Source of the DNA: Candidatus Geothermarchaeota archaeon
Lineage (GTDB): Archaea; Thermoproteota; Nitrososphaeria; Geothermarchaeales; JDFR-13
Direction: 5' to 3'
NCBI GenBank assembly: GCA_015523545.1
Contig: WAKB01000001.1
Location: forward strand, 194,159 to 258,158
DNA: 64,000 nt
The notes below the pieces were generated by a model, which worked only from the letters and a program-made list of their open reading frames with translations, was not told the origin of the DNA and did no database searches. Shown here one piece after another: positions 49,219 to 58,037 of the stretch (positions within the stretch are counted from its first letter, which is position 1; each line of letters begins with the position of its first letter). The position numbers and the translations under genes are program-made.

Positions 49219-49755
49219 CTACACCTTCACGACGTTATGCATATGCTTGATGAGGGCCTCGGTCCTCCTCCTATGCATAGGGTCATAGGCAACGAAGATC
49301 GGGGCTTCCTCACCGCCAAGGAAGGTGTTGCCAATGAAAGTCTTGGCCTTCCTAAGATACCTAAGGAAGTTATCCAGCTCGCTCCCCAGGAGGTATATGT
49401 AGAGGTCATTGACAACGAGTATATCCCTATCAGAGCTCATAAAGTCGTTGAAGAACTCCTCGGCAACCCTTACATTCTTCTCCAAGACCCTATTCATGGC
49501 TGAGGGGTCAGAAGAGATGTTGGGGACCTGGATCTCCCTCGAATACCTATAGATAGCGTTCTTGAAGCCATAGATAAACTTGGAGAGCCTCATGCCAACC
49601 CCCTTAGACTGTGGAGCCAGGTCGATGATGTATATCCTGTCGTCCAGCCCCCTCCTAATAAGCTCCCTCACAATCTCGGAGGTATACTTAGTCCTCCCAC
49701 GCCCCGAGTCCGACAGGATAATAGTATATCGGTCGAGGAGCAGATCCACATTCAT
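49219..49755 (-). CDS. Hypothetical protein with possible deviant P-loop
   Basis: 178 aa. ILSDSGRGRTKYT (imperfect Walker A) and ILVVND (Walker B-like). The assignment is weak. Confidence 0.3.
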   Translation of the reverse strand: MNVDLLLDRYTIILSDSGRGRTKYTSEIVRELIRRGLDDRIYIIDLAPQSKGVGMRLSKFIYGFKNAIYRYSREIQVPNISSDPSAMNRVLEKNVRVAEEFFNDFMSSDRDILVVNDLYIYLLGSELDNFLRYLRKAKTFIGNTFLGGEEAPIFVAYDPMHRRRTEALIKHMHNVVKV

Positions 49756-49797
49756 CTCTATAACATATGAAAATATGTTTCTACGAAAATAAGGTTG

Positions 49798-49813
49798 GGC
49801 CTCTATAGAGGCC
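49798..49813. promoter_or_regulatory. Perfect 16-bp palindrome GGCCTCTATAGAGGCC in a divergent intergenic region
   Basis: Read directly. Flanking inverted repeats are AACATAT-GAAA-ATATGTT (49762-49779) and ATAGGCC...GGCCTAT (49819-49825 / 49843-49849). Confidence 0.3.
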
Positions 49814-49879
49814 TGGAGATAGGCCCCAAGATATAGTTGCCAGGCCTATCCATTGATTATCCAGGCGGTGTAGGAGGGG

Positions 49880-50506
49880 ATGCTGAGCCAGCTAGTGGAC
49901 TATCTCGTGGAGAGGATAGTGGAGCTGGACTGGATGGCCGTCGCAATAGGCGTCTTGATAGAGACGATAATAGTACCCATCCCCAGCCCATTGATACCTA
50001 TGGCCGCGGGATTCGCCCTTCTAAGCAGAACAGAGGGGATAGGCTTCATAGCCACACTATTCATAAAGATCGGGCTGGTCGGTGCATTAACCGCGACCGT
50101 TGCAAACCTGCCCTTCTACTACATCGGGTTGAAGGGTGGGGAACCCGTAATGAGGAGGATGTCCCGCTGGATAGGTGTGGACGAGGAGGATATCGAGAAG
50201 GCGGTTAAGCTTGTCGGTGGTGGGAGGCCGGCCCATCTGATCATCTATAGGGCCCTACCCATAATGCCCCTATCCCTAGTCTCACTAGCCACTGGGGCCC
50301 TACGGAGAAGCACGAGAGAATTCACCATATACACCTTCACGGGATGCCTACCCAGATACATATTCCTAGGCTATCTAGGATGGGTGATGCAGGACCTATA
50401 CATGGAGATGGCGGACCTCCTCGACAGCCTAGAGACGGCCACGATAGTCTTAATAATCCTAGCCGCCGGAACATATATTCTCGTGAAGAGGCTCCTGAGG
50501 AGGTGA
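49880..50506 (+). CDS. DedA/SNARE-associated (VTT domain) membrane protein
   Basis: 208 aa, polytopic. ETIIVPIPSPLIPMAAGF resembles the DedA motif. Confidence 0.6.
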   Translation: MLSQLVDYLVERIVELDWMAVAIGVLIETIIVPIPSPLIPMAAGFALLSRTEGIGFIATLFIKIGLVGALTATVANLPFYYIGLKGGEPVMRRMSRWIGVDEEDIEKAVKLVGGGRPAHLIIYRALPIMPLSLVSLATGALRRSTREFTIYTFTGCLPRYIFLGYLGWVMQDLYMEMADLLDSLETATIVLIILAAGTYILVKRLLRR

Positions 50507-50512
50507 AGAGGC

Positions 50513-50728
50513 GTGGAGAGACCCAGCCCAATAGTCTATAAACCAGGTACAGGCGGATTGAAGACCAGGAAGGGCAGGGGATTCTCCATAGGGGAGCTTA
50601 GGGAGGCAGGTATAGACCTCAACACGGCCAAGAAGCTTGGGATATATGTCGATAGGAGGAGGAAGAGCATACATAAAGAGAATGTTGAGGCCCTGAAGAA
50701 GTACCTAGAGGAGCTCAGGAGACAATAG
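50513..50728 (+). CDS. rpl13e: Ribosomal protein L13e
   Basis: 71 aa. [48 protein letters not shown] matches the archaeal L13e core. GTG start. Confidence 0.7.
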   Translation: MERPSPIVYKPGTGGLKTRKGRGFSIGELREAGIDLNTAKKLGIYVDRRRKSIHKENVEALKKYLEELRRQ

Positions 50729-51866
50729 CCTTCGCCAGCTTGAAGGCCACGCCAGGCGCCTTCAACAGCCTCCTCACAACACCCATCACATCCTCCCCAT
50801 TAGCGATCTTCACAATATCATCAGGCTCCAAGACATCGGCCAGCTTATTCAGCTCCTCGTCAGACAGCTTCTCCAGGAAGCGCATAGCCTTCAGGCTATA
50901 CCGTATCTTCTTACCCCATGGATCCTCATACCTCTTTACCCAGCGGCCCAGCGACGCTTCACTAGTATCACCCTCGAGAACAGCGTCCGCAGCCGTCTCA
51001 CCAGCTACCAAGCCAGCAACCCCAGATGGATGCATACCAGCACCCGTGAGGGGCATAACCGTGCCTGCGGCGTCGCCTACAAGCATGAAGCCGTCGCCAT
51101 AGGGCTTACTAATCATCCCCCCGATGGGGACAGGCGCACCCCTATAGTCTATGACCTGGGCGTCACCCAGCCAGTCACTATGATCCTTAACAAACTTGTC
51201 TAGATAGTACTTGGCGCTCCCACCCCTAACCCCTACACCGACCTCGGCCACCTTCTCACTCTTGGGGAATATCCATGCATACCCCTTTGGGGCGACCTCA
51301 CTCCCGAGGTAGAAGTATGCTATGTCGGGCTCATCCAGCTTCACATTAGCCATGAGATAAATAAGCGTAGGTATAGGCTCGCTCTTCTCCCTAACCCCCA
51401 GCGACTTGGCGACTATACTGTGGTAGCCATCAGCACCGATCACGACCTTAGCCCTATATACACCATACTTAGTCTTGACCTTCATCACCCCATCGTCACG
51501 GGAGACGGCCTCTACAGGCTCCCTCACCCTTATATGCGCCCCGTTCTCCGCAGCCTTAAGAGCCAGCTCCTGGAGATACATCGTCTTGTTGATGGAGTAG
51601 GTCTCCGCAAAGCCTATATCGATATACTTACCATTCGGAGCATATACCCGGGGAATAACCTTATGTAGAACTATATATGGCTTGGGATCAATCCCCACAT
51701 CCCTAAAGGTACCTATACTAGTAGCCTCCCCACAAGGCTTCTTAGCCATAATAGTCTCGTTCTTCTCTATCAGGAGGGTCTTCACACCCTTCTCAGCAGC
51801 CTTTATAGCTGCAGGGATACCGGCAGGCCCCGCACCCACGACAATGACGTCATAATCGGTGGACAT
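50715..51866 (-). CDS. Geranylgeranyl reductase family flavoprotein (digeranylgeranylglycerophospholipid reductase-like)
   Basis: 383 aa. [36 protein letters not shown]. Confidence 0.8.
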   Translation of the reverse strand: MSTDYDVIVVGAGPAGIPAAIKAAEKGVKTLLIEKNETIMAKKPCGEATSIGTFRDVGIDPKPYIVLHKVIPRVYAPNGKYIDIGFAETYSINKTMYLQELALKAAENGAHIRVREPVEAVSRDDGVMKVKTKYGVYRAKVVIGADGYHSIVAKSLGVREKSEPIPTLIYLMANVKLDEPDIAYFYLGSEVAPKGYAWIFPKSEKVAEVGVGVRGGSAKYYLDKFVKDHSDWLGDAQVIDYRGAPVPIGGMISKPYGDGFMLVGDAAGTVMPLTGAGMHPSGVAGLVAGETAADAVLEGDTSEASLGRWVKRYEDPWGKKIRYSLKAMRFLEKLSDEELNKLADVLEPDDIVKIANGEDVMGVVRRLLKAPGVAFKLAKAIVS

Positions 51867-51959
51867 AGTATTGATTTTCCCACTACCCAGTATTTTAAAG
51901 GGGGAATAATCAGGCCAGCCCCTTACATATACATCCTAATACATCCAGCAGGCAAGCTA

Positions 51960-54317
51960 CTATACCGCCTCGACAACCCTGAGCCTAGAGACCTCACCCT
52001 CCCGATAAACCTCCACGACACTATTAAAGACCTGGGACGACCTGATCTCAAAGTCATGGGTGATGACTATCACCTGGCTAAGCAGACCATTATTGATCAG
52101 CTCCCCAATCGTCTCCAAGACTGCGTTCTTCTTCTCCCTATCCAGGTGTGGGAAGGCCTCATCAAAGACCATGAAATCGAGGGTATATGACTTCCCGCCG
52201 AGCTGGGAGATCAGGTTCCCAAGCCCGAGTCTAAAGGCTAGGCCGATAAGAGTGACCTCACCCCCACTCAACGTGTTTATCTCCCTCTTCCTATTCGCCT
52301 CTAAGACCTCGATCCTCACACCATGCTCAGTCGTCCTTAGATTGATCCTGAATAGACTCGACATCTCCTCTAGGAAGATGTTTATCATCCGCTCCAAGTT
52401 GGGTACTACAACATTATTTACGAAGTAGTTGGGGAACCCCCTCTCGGCAAATACCTTGTCCAACACCTCCAGAACCTCTATCTCAGAAGCTACTTCCTCG
52501 AGCCTCCTCCCCTTATCGACATACTCGCCATACTTTTTACGCATCTCATCCACATCTTTAAGCCTCTCACTCAGAACACCTATCTCTCTCTGAAGATTAG
52601 CCCTCTCCTCCTCGAGACTATTGATATTATTCTCAATCTCTACAATTCTCGACCTCCCCTCCTCGATCAACTTTCCCAGCCTATCCAGCATATCCTCCGT
52701 TAGGTCGAGTTCATCCATCTTTCTATCCAATGTCTCCTTGAGGCTCTCCAGCCTACCCATCTCTCTACTGAGGTGTTCCAACACCTTCCTAGCACTCTTA
52801 GCCCTAGAGACCCTCTTTATCAACCCGTCCCTAAATCTCTTAATATCCCTATGCAGAGAGGGGTCGATCATGATCCCCAGCCTATCAGCCTCCTCAACAA
52901 GCCTCTCCAAGAATGTCTTTGAAAGCTCTCCGACCCTCTCTATCAGCCCATCAATATCGACTACACCTAGTTCCGAGAGGATGTCTCCATACCTATCCCT
53001 GATCGACTTCATGCTATTACCGTACTCCCCCTCCTTTTTACTGATCTCCTTTTCCAGCTTCCTCGCTGTCTTCAGCCTCTTTTCCAGAGCATTATATGTC
53101 TCTTTAAGCCTCGGGATCCTCTCGTCTAGCTCCCTTATCTGCTCCGTATAGCTCTTTATCAAGCTGTTCCTATGCTCCTCAGTTAGCTCTGAACCGCATA
53201 CCGGACACTTATCACCGGCCTTCCTAAGCTCCTCCACCCCCTTCTCCAGCTGCCTCTTGATGGTCTCCAGAGCCGAGATATCCTCTAGGGTTTGGGAAAG
53301 CTCTTCGCTAAGCTCGTCTATAGACTTTCCATCGACCTCCCTCTCCAGCCTCTCCCTAAGCTTCGTCAGCTCATCACGGACGGACTTGGCCCTCTCAATA
53401 CTCGATACCAGTGAGATATAGTCATCAACCTTCTCCACCAGTGCCTCTATATCCTCTATCAGGGTATCTAACTCGTCCAGCACAACGTCCCTATACTCCT
53501 CTGGGAGCTCCCTCCTCCTTTTCTCTATCTGAGCCTCCAAACTCTTCACATCTCTGTAGATAGCCTTGACATCGCTGAGATTCCCAATCCTCTTCTCGAT
53601 GCAGCCCTTCTCCTCTCTAAGCTCCCCGAGCCGCTTCTCCACCCTTTCCAACTCCTCCTCCTTAGACCTTAGCTCATCCTTGATGGACTCCTCATACTCC
53701 TCTATGGCTTCAAGGGTGATCTCCTCTAGCCCATTAGCGCGGAACCATCCCTTCAACTCATCTATAACACTCTGCAGCTCCTTCATCTCCTCTCCGAGAC
53801 TCTTGAGATCCTTTGCGACCCTATCCCTCACCTTGTTGAAGAAGTTTATGTCCAGGATCTCTATGAGGAGGTTCCTCAACTCCTTCTCCTTCATGTAGAG
53901 TGGTTCCTCGGTTCTCCCCTGCCTAACAATATAGGTCTTTAGGAGCGAAGCATAGGTATGCCCTGTCAGCTCTTCGAAGCTTGGAGCCTTCCTCGATGAG
54001 CTACCTATAGCCATATTCCCCCTACCATTGTTGAAGACGTATATCACCCCATCGTCTGAGACCAGCTCTACAACTGCCTTCGCCTCATACTGCCCACCTA
54101 GGTGGTATCTACTCGCCAGCCTCTTCACCCCGGACTCTCTTTCATACGCCTTTCTCATAGCCCCGTAGGTGAGGGCGTCGACGAAGAATGTGGTCTTACC
54201 CGCCCCGTTTTGTCCGAGAACCAGGAGGGGCTGGTCTAAACCATCAATGTCCAGCTCCTCCCTTGTATATAGACCGAAGTTCTCGACCCGTATCCTACCA
54301 AGCCTGAGCCTAGACAC
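51960..54317 (-). CDS. rad50: Rad50 SMC-like ATPase with zinc hook
   Basis: 785 aa. GQNGAGKTT (Walker A), long E/K/L coiled coil, CPVCGSEL hook, LSGGE signature, FMVFDEAFPHLD (Walker B). The GTG start shares 1 nt with the mre11 stop. Confidence 0.85.
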   Translation of the reverse strand: MSRLRLGRIRVENFGLYTREELDIDGLDQPLLVLGQNGAGKTTFFVDALTYGAMRKAYERESGVKRLASRYHLGGQYEAKAVVELVSDDGVIYVFNNGRGNMAIGSSSRKAPSFEELTGHTYASLLKTYIVRQGRTEEPLYMKEKELRNLLIEILDINFFNKVRDRVAKDLKSLGEEMKELQSVIDELKGWFRANGLEEITLEAIEEYEESIKDELRSKEEELERVEKRLGELREEKGCIEKRIGNLSDVKAIYRDVKSLEAQIEKRRRELPEEYRDVVLDELDTLIEDIEALVEKVDDYISLVSSIERAKSVRDELTKLRERLEREVDGKSIDELSEELSQTLEDISALETIKRQLEKGVEELRKAGDKCPVCGSELTEEHRNSLIKSYTEQIRELDERIPRLKETYNALEKRLKTARKLEKEISKKEGEYGNSMKSIRDRYGDILSELGVVDIDGLIERVGELSKTFLERLVEEADRLGIMIDPSLHRDIKRFRDGLIKRVSRAKSARKVLEHLSREMGRLESLKETLDRKMDELDLTEDMLDRLGKLIEEGRSRIVEIENNINSLEEERANLQREIGVLSERLKDVDEMRKKYGEYVDKGRRLEEVASEIEVLEVLDKVFAERGFPNYFVNNVVVPNLERMINIFLEEMSSLFRINLRTTEHGVRIEVLEANRKREINTLSGGEVTLIGLAFRLGLGNLISQLGGKSYTLDFMVFDEAFPHLDREKKNAVLETIGELINNGLLSQVIVITHDFEIRSSQVFNSVVEVYREGEVSRLRVVEAV

Positions 54318-55573
54318 TACCTTCTCCCCTCTTCCAAGTATTTAAGGGCGGTCTCAACCACCCTCCTCCTAAAACCTTGATCCCTATTCTCTAGGAGACC
54401 CTCGATATACTTCTTGAGGGCCTCCTCCATACTCTCAATACTGGTTTCACGTCTCTCATCCACCTTGCTACCCATAAATCTGGTCCTTATCTTCAATGCC
54501 CAGCCACCACCCTGAATCATAACATTCCTAAGCCCCTTTCTGACCTCGTCTATCCATCCTAGGAGATCGGGTTTCCAGTAGGAGATGTGGAGACTGACCA
54601 TCGCCCCCTCCAGCCTATCGACCCCCTTGACCACCTGTTCCACAACCTCACCAGGGCTAGAGTACTTGTCGAGCTCGATCCTAAAGAAGTGCATATTCAC
54701 TGTATCCACCGGTACCTTCTCAACCCTTGGACTGCCATCGGTAAGCTCCACATCTAGGAAAACCTTCTCGTCGCCAGACTCGGAAAACCGTAGCTTGTTC
54801 AGACTGCCTGAGTAGTATGCGGGGTACTCACCAATCCTCTGGGAAACATGGATATGACCCAGAGCTGCATAGTCAAACTCTCCAAGCCTCAGTTCACTGG
54901 TAGATATCTCCGGTAGGATCTTGACACCTGGATCCATGGCCTCGACCTCCTCCTTCCCAAACAATCTTGTGAACCTTACCCTGTCTACCTGTACATGGCC
55001 AAGGAGCACCTTATACCTCCCCTTGGCACTCTTGAGCTGGCGCTCCAGGTATTGGTAGGTGTCCTTCCTCCAATCAGTCTCATTGTCTTTATAGGGGACT
55101 ACGTAGGGGAGGGGTATTATCGAGGCGTCCCCATGGTCGATGCCTACGAACTCCTCACTGTAAAACTTCTCAGGGTCTGGGTATATATCGAAGTAGCGTA
55201 TATAGTGGGATATCCTCCTGGTGAAGATGGCTAGGCTGGACCTTGAGATCTCTCTAGTGGCCACGTCATGGTTCCCAGCCACGATGTATACATTTATTTT
55301 GTTATCTACGGCCCTCTCCAGGAACTCGGCTAAGCGGCGCTGGTAGATGAGGCTAGTCCTAACATCATCGAAGACATCCCCAGCTATGAGTATAACGTCT
55401 ATACCCCTATCCACCGCATAGTCCAACGCCCTATCCATGTTAGAGAGGGTGACCTCGTTGATCCTCCTCATCAGGCCCTCCACGCCACCCTGGATATTAG
55501 GGAGTATCTCAACCCCCCTATGGGTGAAGCCTAGGTGGAGATCCGCCATGTGTAGGAACCTCATACCCACCAC
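54317..55573 (-). CDS. mre11: Mre11 nuclease (calcineurin-like phosphoesterase)
   Basis: 418 aa. HMADLHLG, AGDVFD, AGNHD, LLGHVQV, LGHIHVSQ. Start is GTG at 55573 or ATG at 55564. Confidence 0.85.
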   Translation of the reverse strand: MVGMRFLHMADLHLGFTHRGVEILPNIQGGVEGLMRRINEVTLSNMDRALDYAVDRGIDVILIAGDVFDDVRTSLIYQRRLAEFLERAVDNKINVYIVAGNHDVATREISRSSLAIFTRRISHYIRYFDIYPDPEKFYSEEFVGIDHGDASIIPLPYVVPYKDNETDWRKDTYQYLERQLKSAKGRYKVLLGHVQVDRVRFTRLFGKEEVEAMDPGVKILPEISTSELRLGEFDYAALGHIHVSQRIGEYPAYYSGSLNKLRFSESGDEKVFLDVELTDGSPRVEKVPVDTVNMHFFRIELDKYSSPGEVVEQVVKGVDRLEGAMVSLHISYWKPDLLGWIDEVRKGLRNVMIQGGGWALKIRTRFMGSKVDERRETSIESMEEALKKYIEGLLENRDQGFRRRVVETALKYLEEGRR

Positions 55574-57424
55574 CTAAACATCATCGACTACGAACCTTCT
55601 CTCATCCCCCTTCTTCTGCTTGATGACCCACTCCATAGCCTTATAGATCTTCATATCCCTATCACTCCCCGGGGGCCTAACCGTGTCTTCACAGATGTTT
55701 ATCGTCTTGAGGACCATGGGGAAGACCGACCTAATATTGTGGTAGACCGCCCTACCCCTACCCAGCTTAGCTATCAACTCCCTAAACATCCTCTTATTCT
55801 CTAGGCCAGAGATGACGGCCTCTATATCCGAGTCGTCGGTCAGCTGGAATATGAACATTGCCCAGAGCATAGAGATAACATCGCTGTCAAGGTCGCCCGG
55901 CTTCTGGTCGATAGGCACAACAATGACTCCATACTTCCTATACTCCCTAGCCAGACGGCCGAAGACCGTGCTCTTATTCTTCTCCAAGAATCGGTGGGCC
56001 TCCTCAAGATAGATGACCAGCTTATGATACATCCCACTAGGTTTTTGAGGAGTCGCCATCAGCTCATCGATCCTCTCCATGATCTTCTTGGCGAGGATAT
56101 TGGCTATACTCATGTATACAACGACGTTCCTACTATACCTACCGCCCAAGTCTATCGTGACGTGTTCACCCCTATCAACCAGTAGCTCCACGATATCATC
56201 GTAGAGCTTAGCGTCAGCCCATTTGAAGGATATTGGTAGACCCCTGAGGTTATAGATCCTCCTCTTTAGAGCTCCTATCGACTGTCTAAGACCCATCGTA
56301 TTCCTATCACTCAGTTTGTCTTCGAGGGTGAGCATCAGTTCCACCATGTCCTCGGCCAGCTCATCTGGGGAGGCATTACGCGGGAGGTCTATGAGGTTGT
56401 GACGTAGCAGGAGGCGTGCTAGGCTCTCTGCGCTATTCTTGCTGAAGTATAGGAGTGTTAGTGCCCAGTGCTCAGGCTTGATAAGTAGATCGGGTAGGCC
56501 CGATGACTGTCTCTCGCTATTCACATCGTCTATAGCCTCCAATACCTTGGCTCTGTATATCTCGAGGTTATGGATACTCACATCGGTGGGTGAGAGTGGC
56601 TCGAGGATCGTGGCTAGGGTTTCCACGGAGACGTCGTATAGGGGGATACGTAGGAGGCCATCGCCACCAACCTTCCTATACTCATCCTCGTCTACGCAGT
56701 AGATATAGACGTATTTCTTACCGTTTACTAGCTTCATCCTGGCTGAGGCTCCCTGACACACTTTCTGGTGCCTATCATCCAGGAGGTAGTGTGAATACTC
56801 TCCCTGGACATCGAAGACTAGGAGTGTAAGCTTCTCCTCGGGATGTAGAAAGCCGTGTACATAGGCGTTTAGGATGAGGAGGTTCGCCAGGTAGGTCTTC
56901 CCAGTCCCCGCCTTGCCGAAGATGCCGAAGCTTAGCTGATGGAGGTCATATATGTCATCGGCGACTATGACCTCCTCACCCGTGACGAGGTCAAGCATCC
57001 CTATTGGGAAGTATCTCTCGAAGTCAGCCTCTGGTATGAACTTCCTCGCCAAGGGAGCCTGCTCCATTGGGACTACGGAGCCGTGCTGGGGGATACTTGT
57101 GAACTTGGAGGCCTCTCCAAGAGCCTCGTCATACTCGGCTAGGGGGATGACAGCTAGGCTGGGCGAGGCCACCTCCTCCCTAATATACTCCATATATGGT
57201 TCCTGGAGCGTGCTTCCCTCAAGGATTCTATAGATCTTCATATGGCTCTCCGGAACGCTGTATCCAATGTCTAGGACTACACCTAGATAGAGCTTCTCCC
57301 CACCCTCCACGACTATCATCCTATCCTTCTCAACCTGCTCCAGCCTAGCCTCTGGCGAGAGGTCAATAACTATACCCTCTGAGGTCGAGGCACCCCTAAC
57401 CCACCCAAAAACCTTCCTAGACAC
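55574..57424 (-). CDS. herA: HerA hexameric helicase/translocase (FtsK-HerA superfamily)
   Basis: N-terminal HAS-barrel-like region, FGIFGKAGTGKTYL (Walker A), LVFDVQGEY, VIYLEEAHRF (Walker B), IDQKPGDLD. The track ORF reaches 57484. GTG at 57424 (MSRKVFG) overlaps the upstream stop within GTGTCTAG. Confidence 0.8.
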   Translation of the reverse strand: MSRKVFGWVRGASTSEGIVIDLSPEARLEQVEKDRMIVVEGGEKLYLGVVLDIGYSVPESHMKIYRILEGSTLQEPYMEYIREEVASPSLAVIPLAEYDEALGEASKFTSIPQHGSVVPMEQAPLARKFIPEADFERYFPIGMLDLVTGEEVIVADDIYDLHQLSFGIFGKAGTGKTYLANLLILNAYVHGFLHPEEKLTLLVFDVQGEYSHYLLDDRHQKVCQGASARMKLVNGKKYVYIYCVDEDEYRKVGGDGLLRIPLYDVSVETLATILEPLSPTDVSIHNLEIYRAKVLEAIDDVNSERQSSGLPDLLIKPEHWALTLLYFSKNSAESLARLLLRHNLIDLPRNASPDELAEDMVELMLTLEDKLSDRNTMGLRQSIGALKRRIYNLRGLPISFKWADAKLYDDIVELLVDRGEHVTIDLGGRYSRNVVVYMSIANILAKKIMERIDELMATPQKPSGMYHKLVIYLEEAHRFLEKNKSTVFGRLAREYRKYGVIVVPIDQKPGDLDSDVISMLWAMFIFQLTDDSDIEAVISGLENKRMFRELIAKLGRGRAVYHNIRSVFPMVLKTINICEDTVRPPGSDRDMKIYKAMEWVIKQKKGDERRFVVDDV

Positions 57425-58037
57425 CCATACCCACCTCCATGAAGACACGTGTAACAGTCTCAACCACACGGATATCGTTCCCACTATTCCTAAGGAACTC
57501 CTTGTACAGCTCAGGCAGGGTGAGCCTCCTACCCAGCACCTTGGATAAGTAGGCCGCCAGGTTTCTCACGAGGATAATGTCCCTCAGGTCGAGATACCTG
57601 AGAAAGCTTAGGTCGGGCTCCTCACCAAGAAGGGAGGCGACCTGGTCATCGGGCAGTAGATAGACCGGGTTGTGGGGCTTCACGAAGAGCCTGAAGCTCC
57701 TCTGGATATTGCCGGCGCTGTCCACCTCGTATATGGGGTGGGTGGTGAAGAGGAACTCGTATAGCCTAGTAGTATCCACATTCATAATCGAGGACCTATT
57801 CAGCCTAGGCTGGAACTTACCCGCATACTTCGGGTCTATCGCCTTAGACCCGGCCACCACTATTACTCCTCCCTCCCCAGTATCTATGTATAGGAAGTTT
57901 CCAGGCCTCACCCTGTCCAGCCTATCTGGGAGGAGGTAGACCACTACATCACTACCTTCCAGCCTATACACCTCACCAACCGCATCCTCAAGGCCTATCC
58001 TACCAAGGTCTATACCAACAGTCATAGGATCCTCCAC
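57417..58037 (-). CDS. Hypothetical protein with N-terminal HAS-barrel-like region, inserted between nurA and herA
   Basis: 206 aa (202 if it starts at the ATG of the ATGA overlap at 58025). VGEVYRLEGSDVVVYLLPDRLDRVRPGNFLYIDTGEG and FRLFVKPHNPVYLLPDDQVASLLG resemble a HerA N-terminal barrel plus linker. No P-loop. Confidence 0.4.
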   Translation of the reverse strand: MEDPMTVGIDLGRIGLEDAVGEVYRLEGSDVVVYLLPDRLDRVRPGNFLYIDTGEGGVIVVAGSKAIDPKYAGKFQPRLNRSSIMNVDTTRLYEFLFTTHPIYEVDSAGNIQRSFRLFVKPHNPVYLLPDDQVASLLGEEPDLSFLRYLDLRDIILVRNLAAYLSKVLGRRLTLPELYKEFLRNSGNDIRVVETVTRVFMEVGMGV

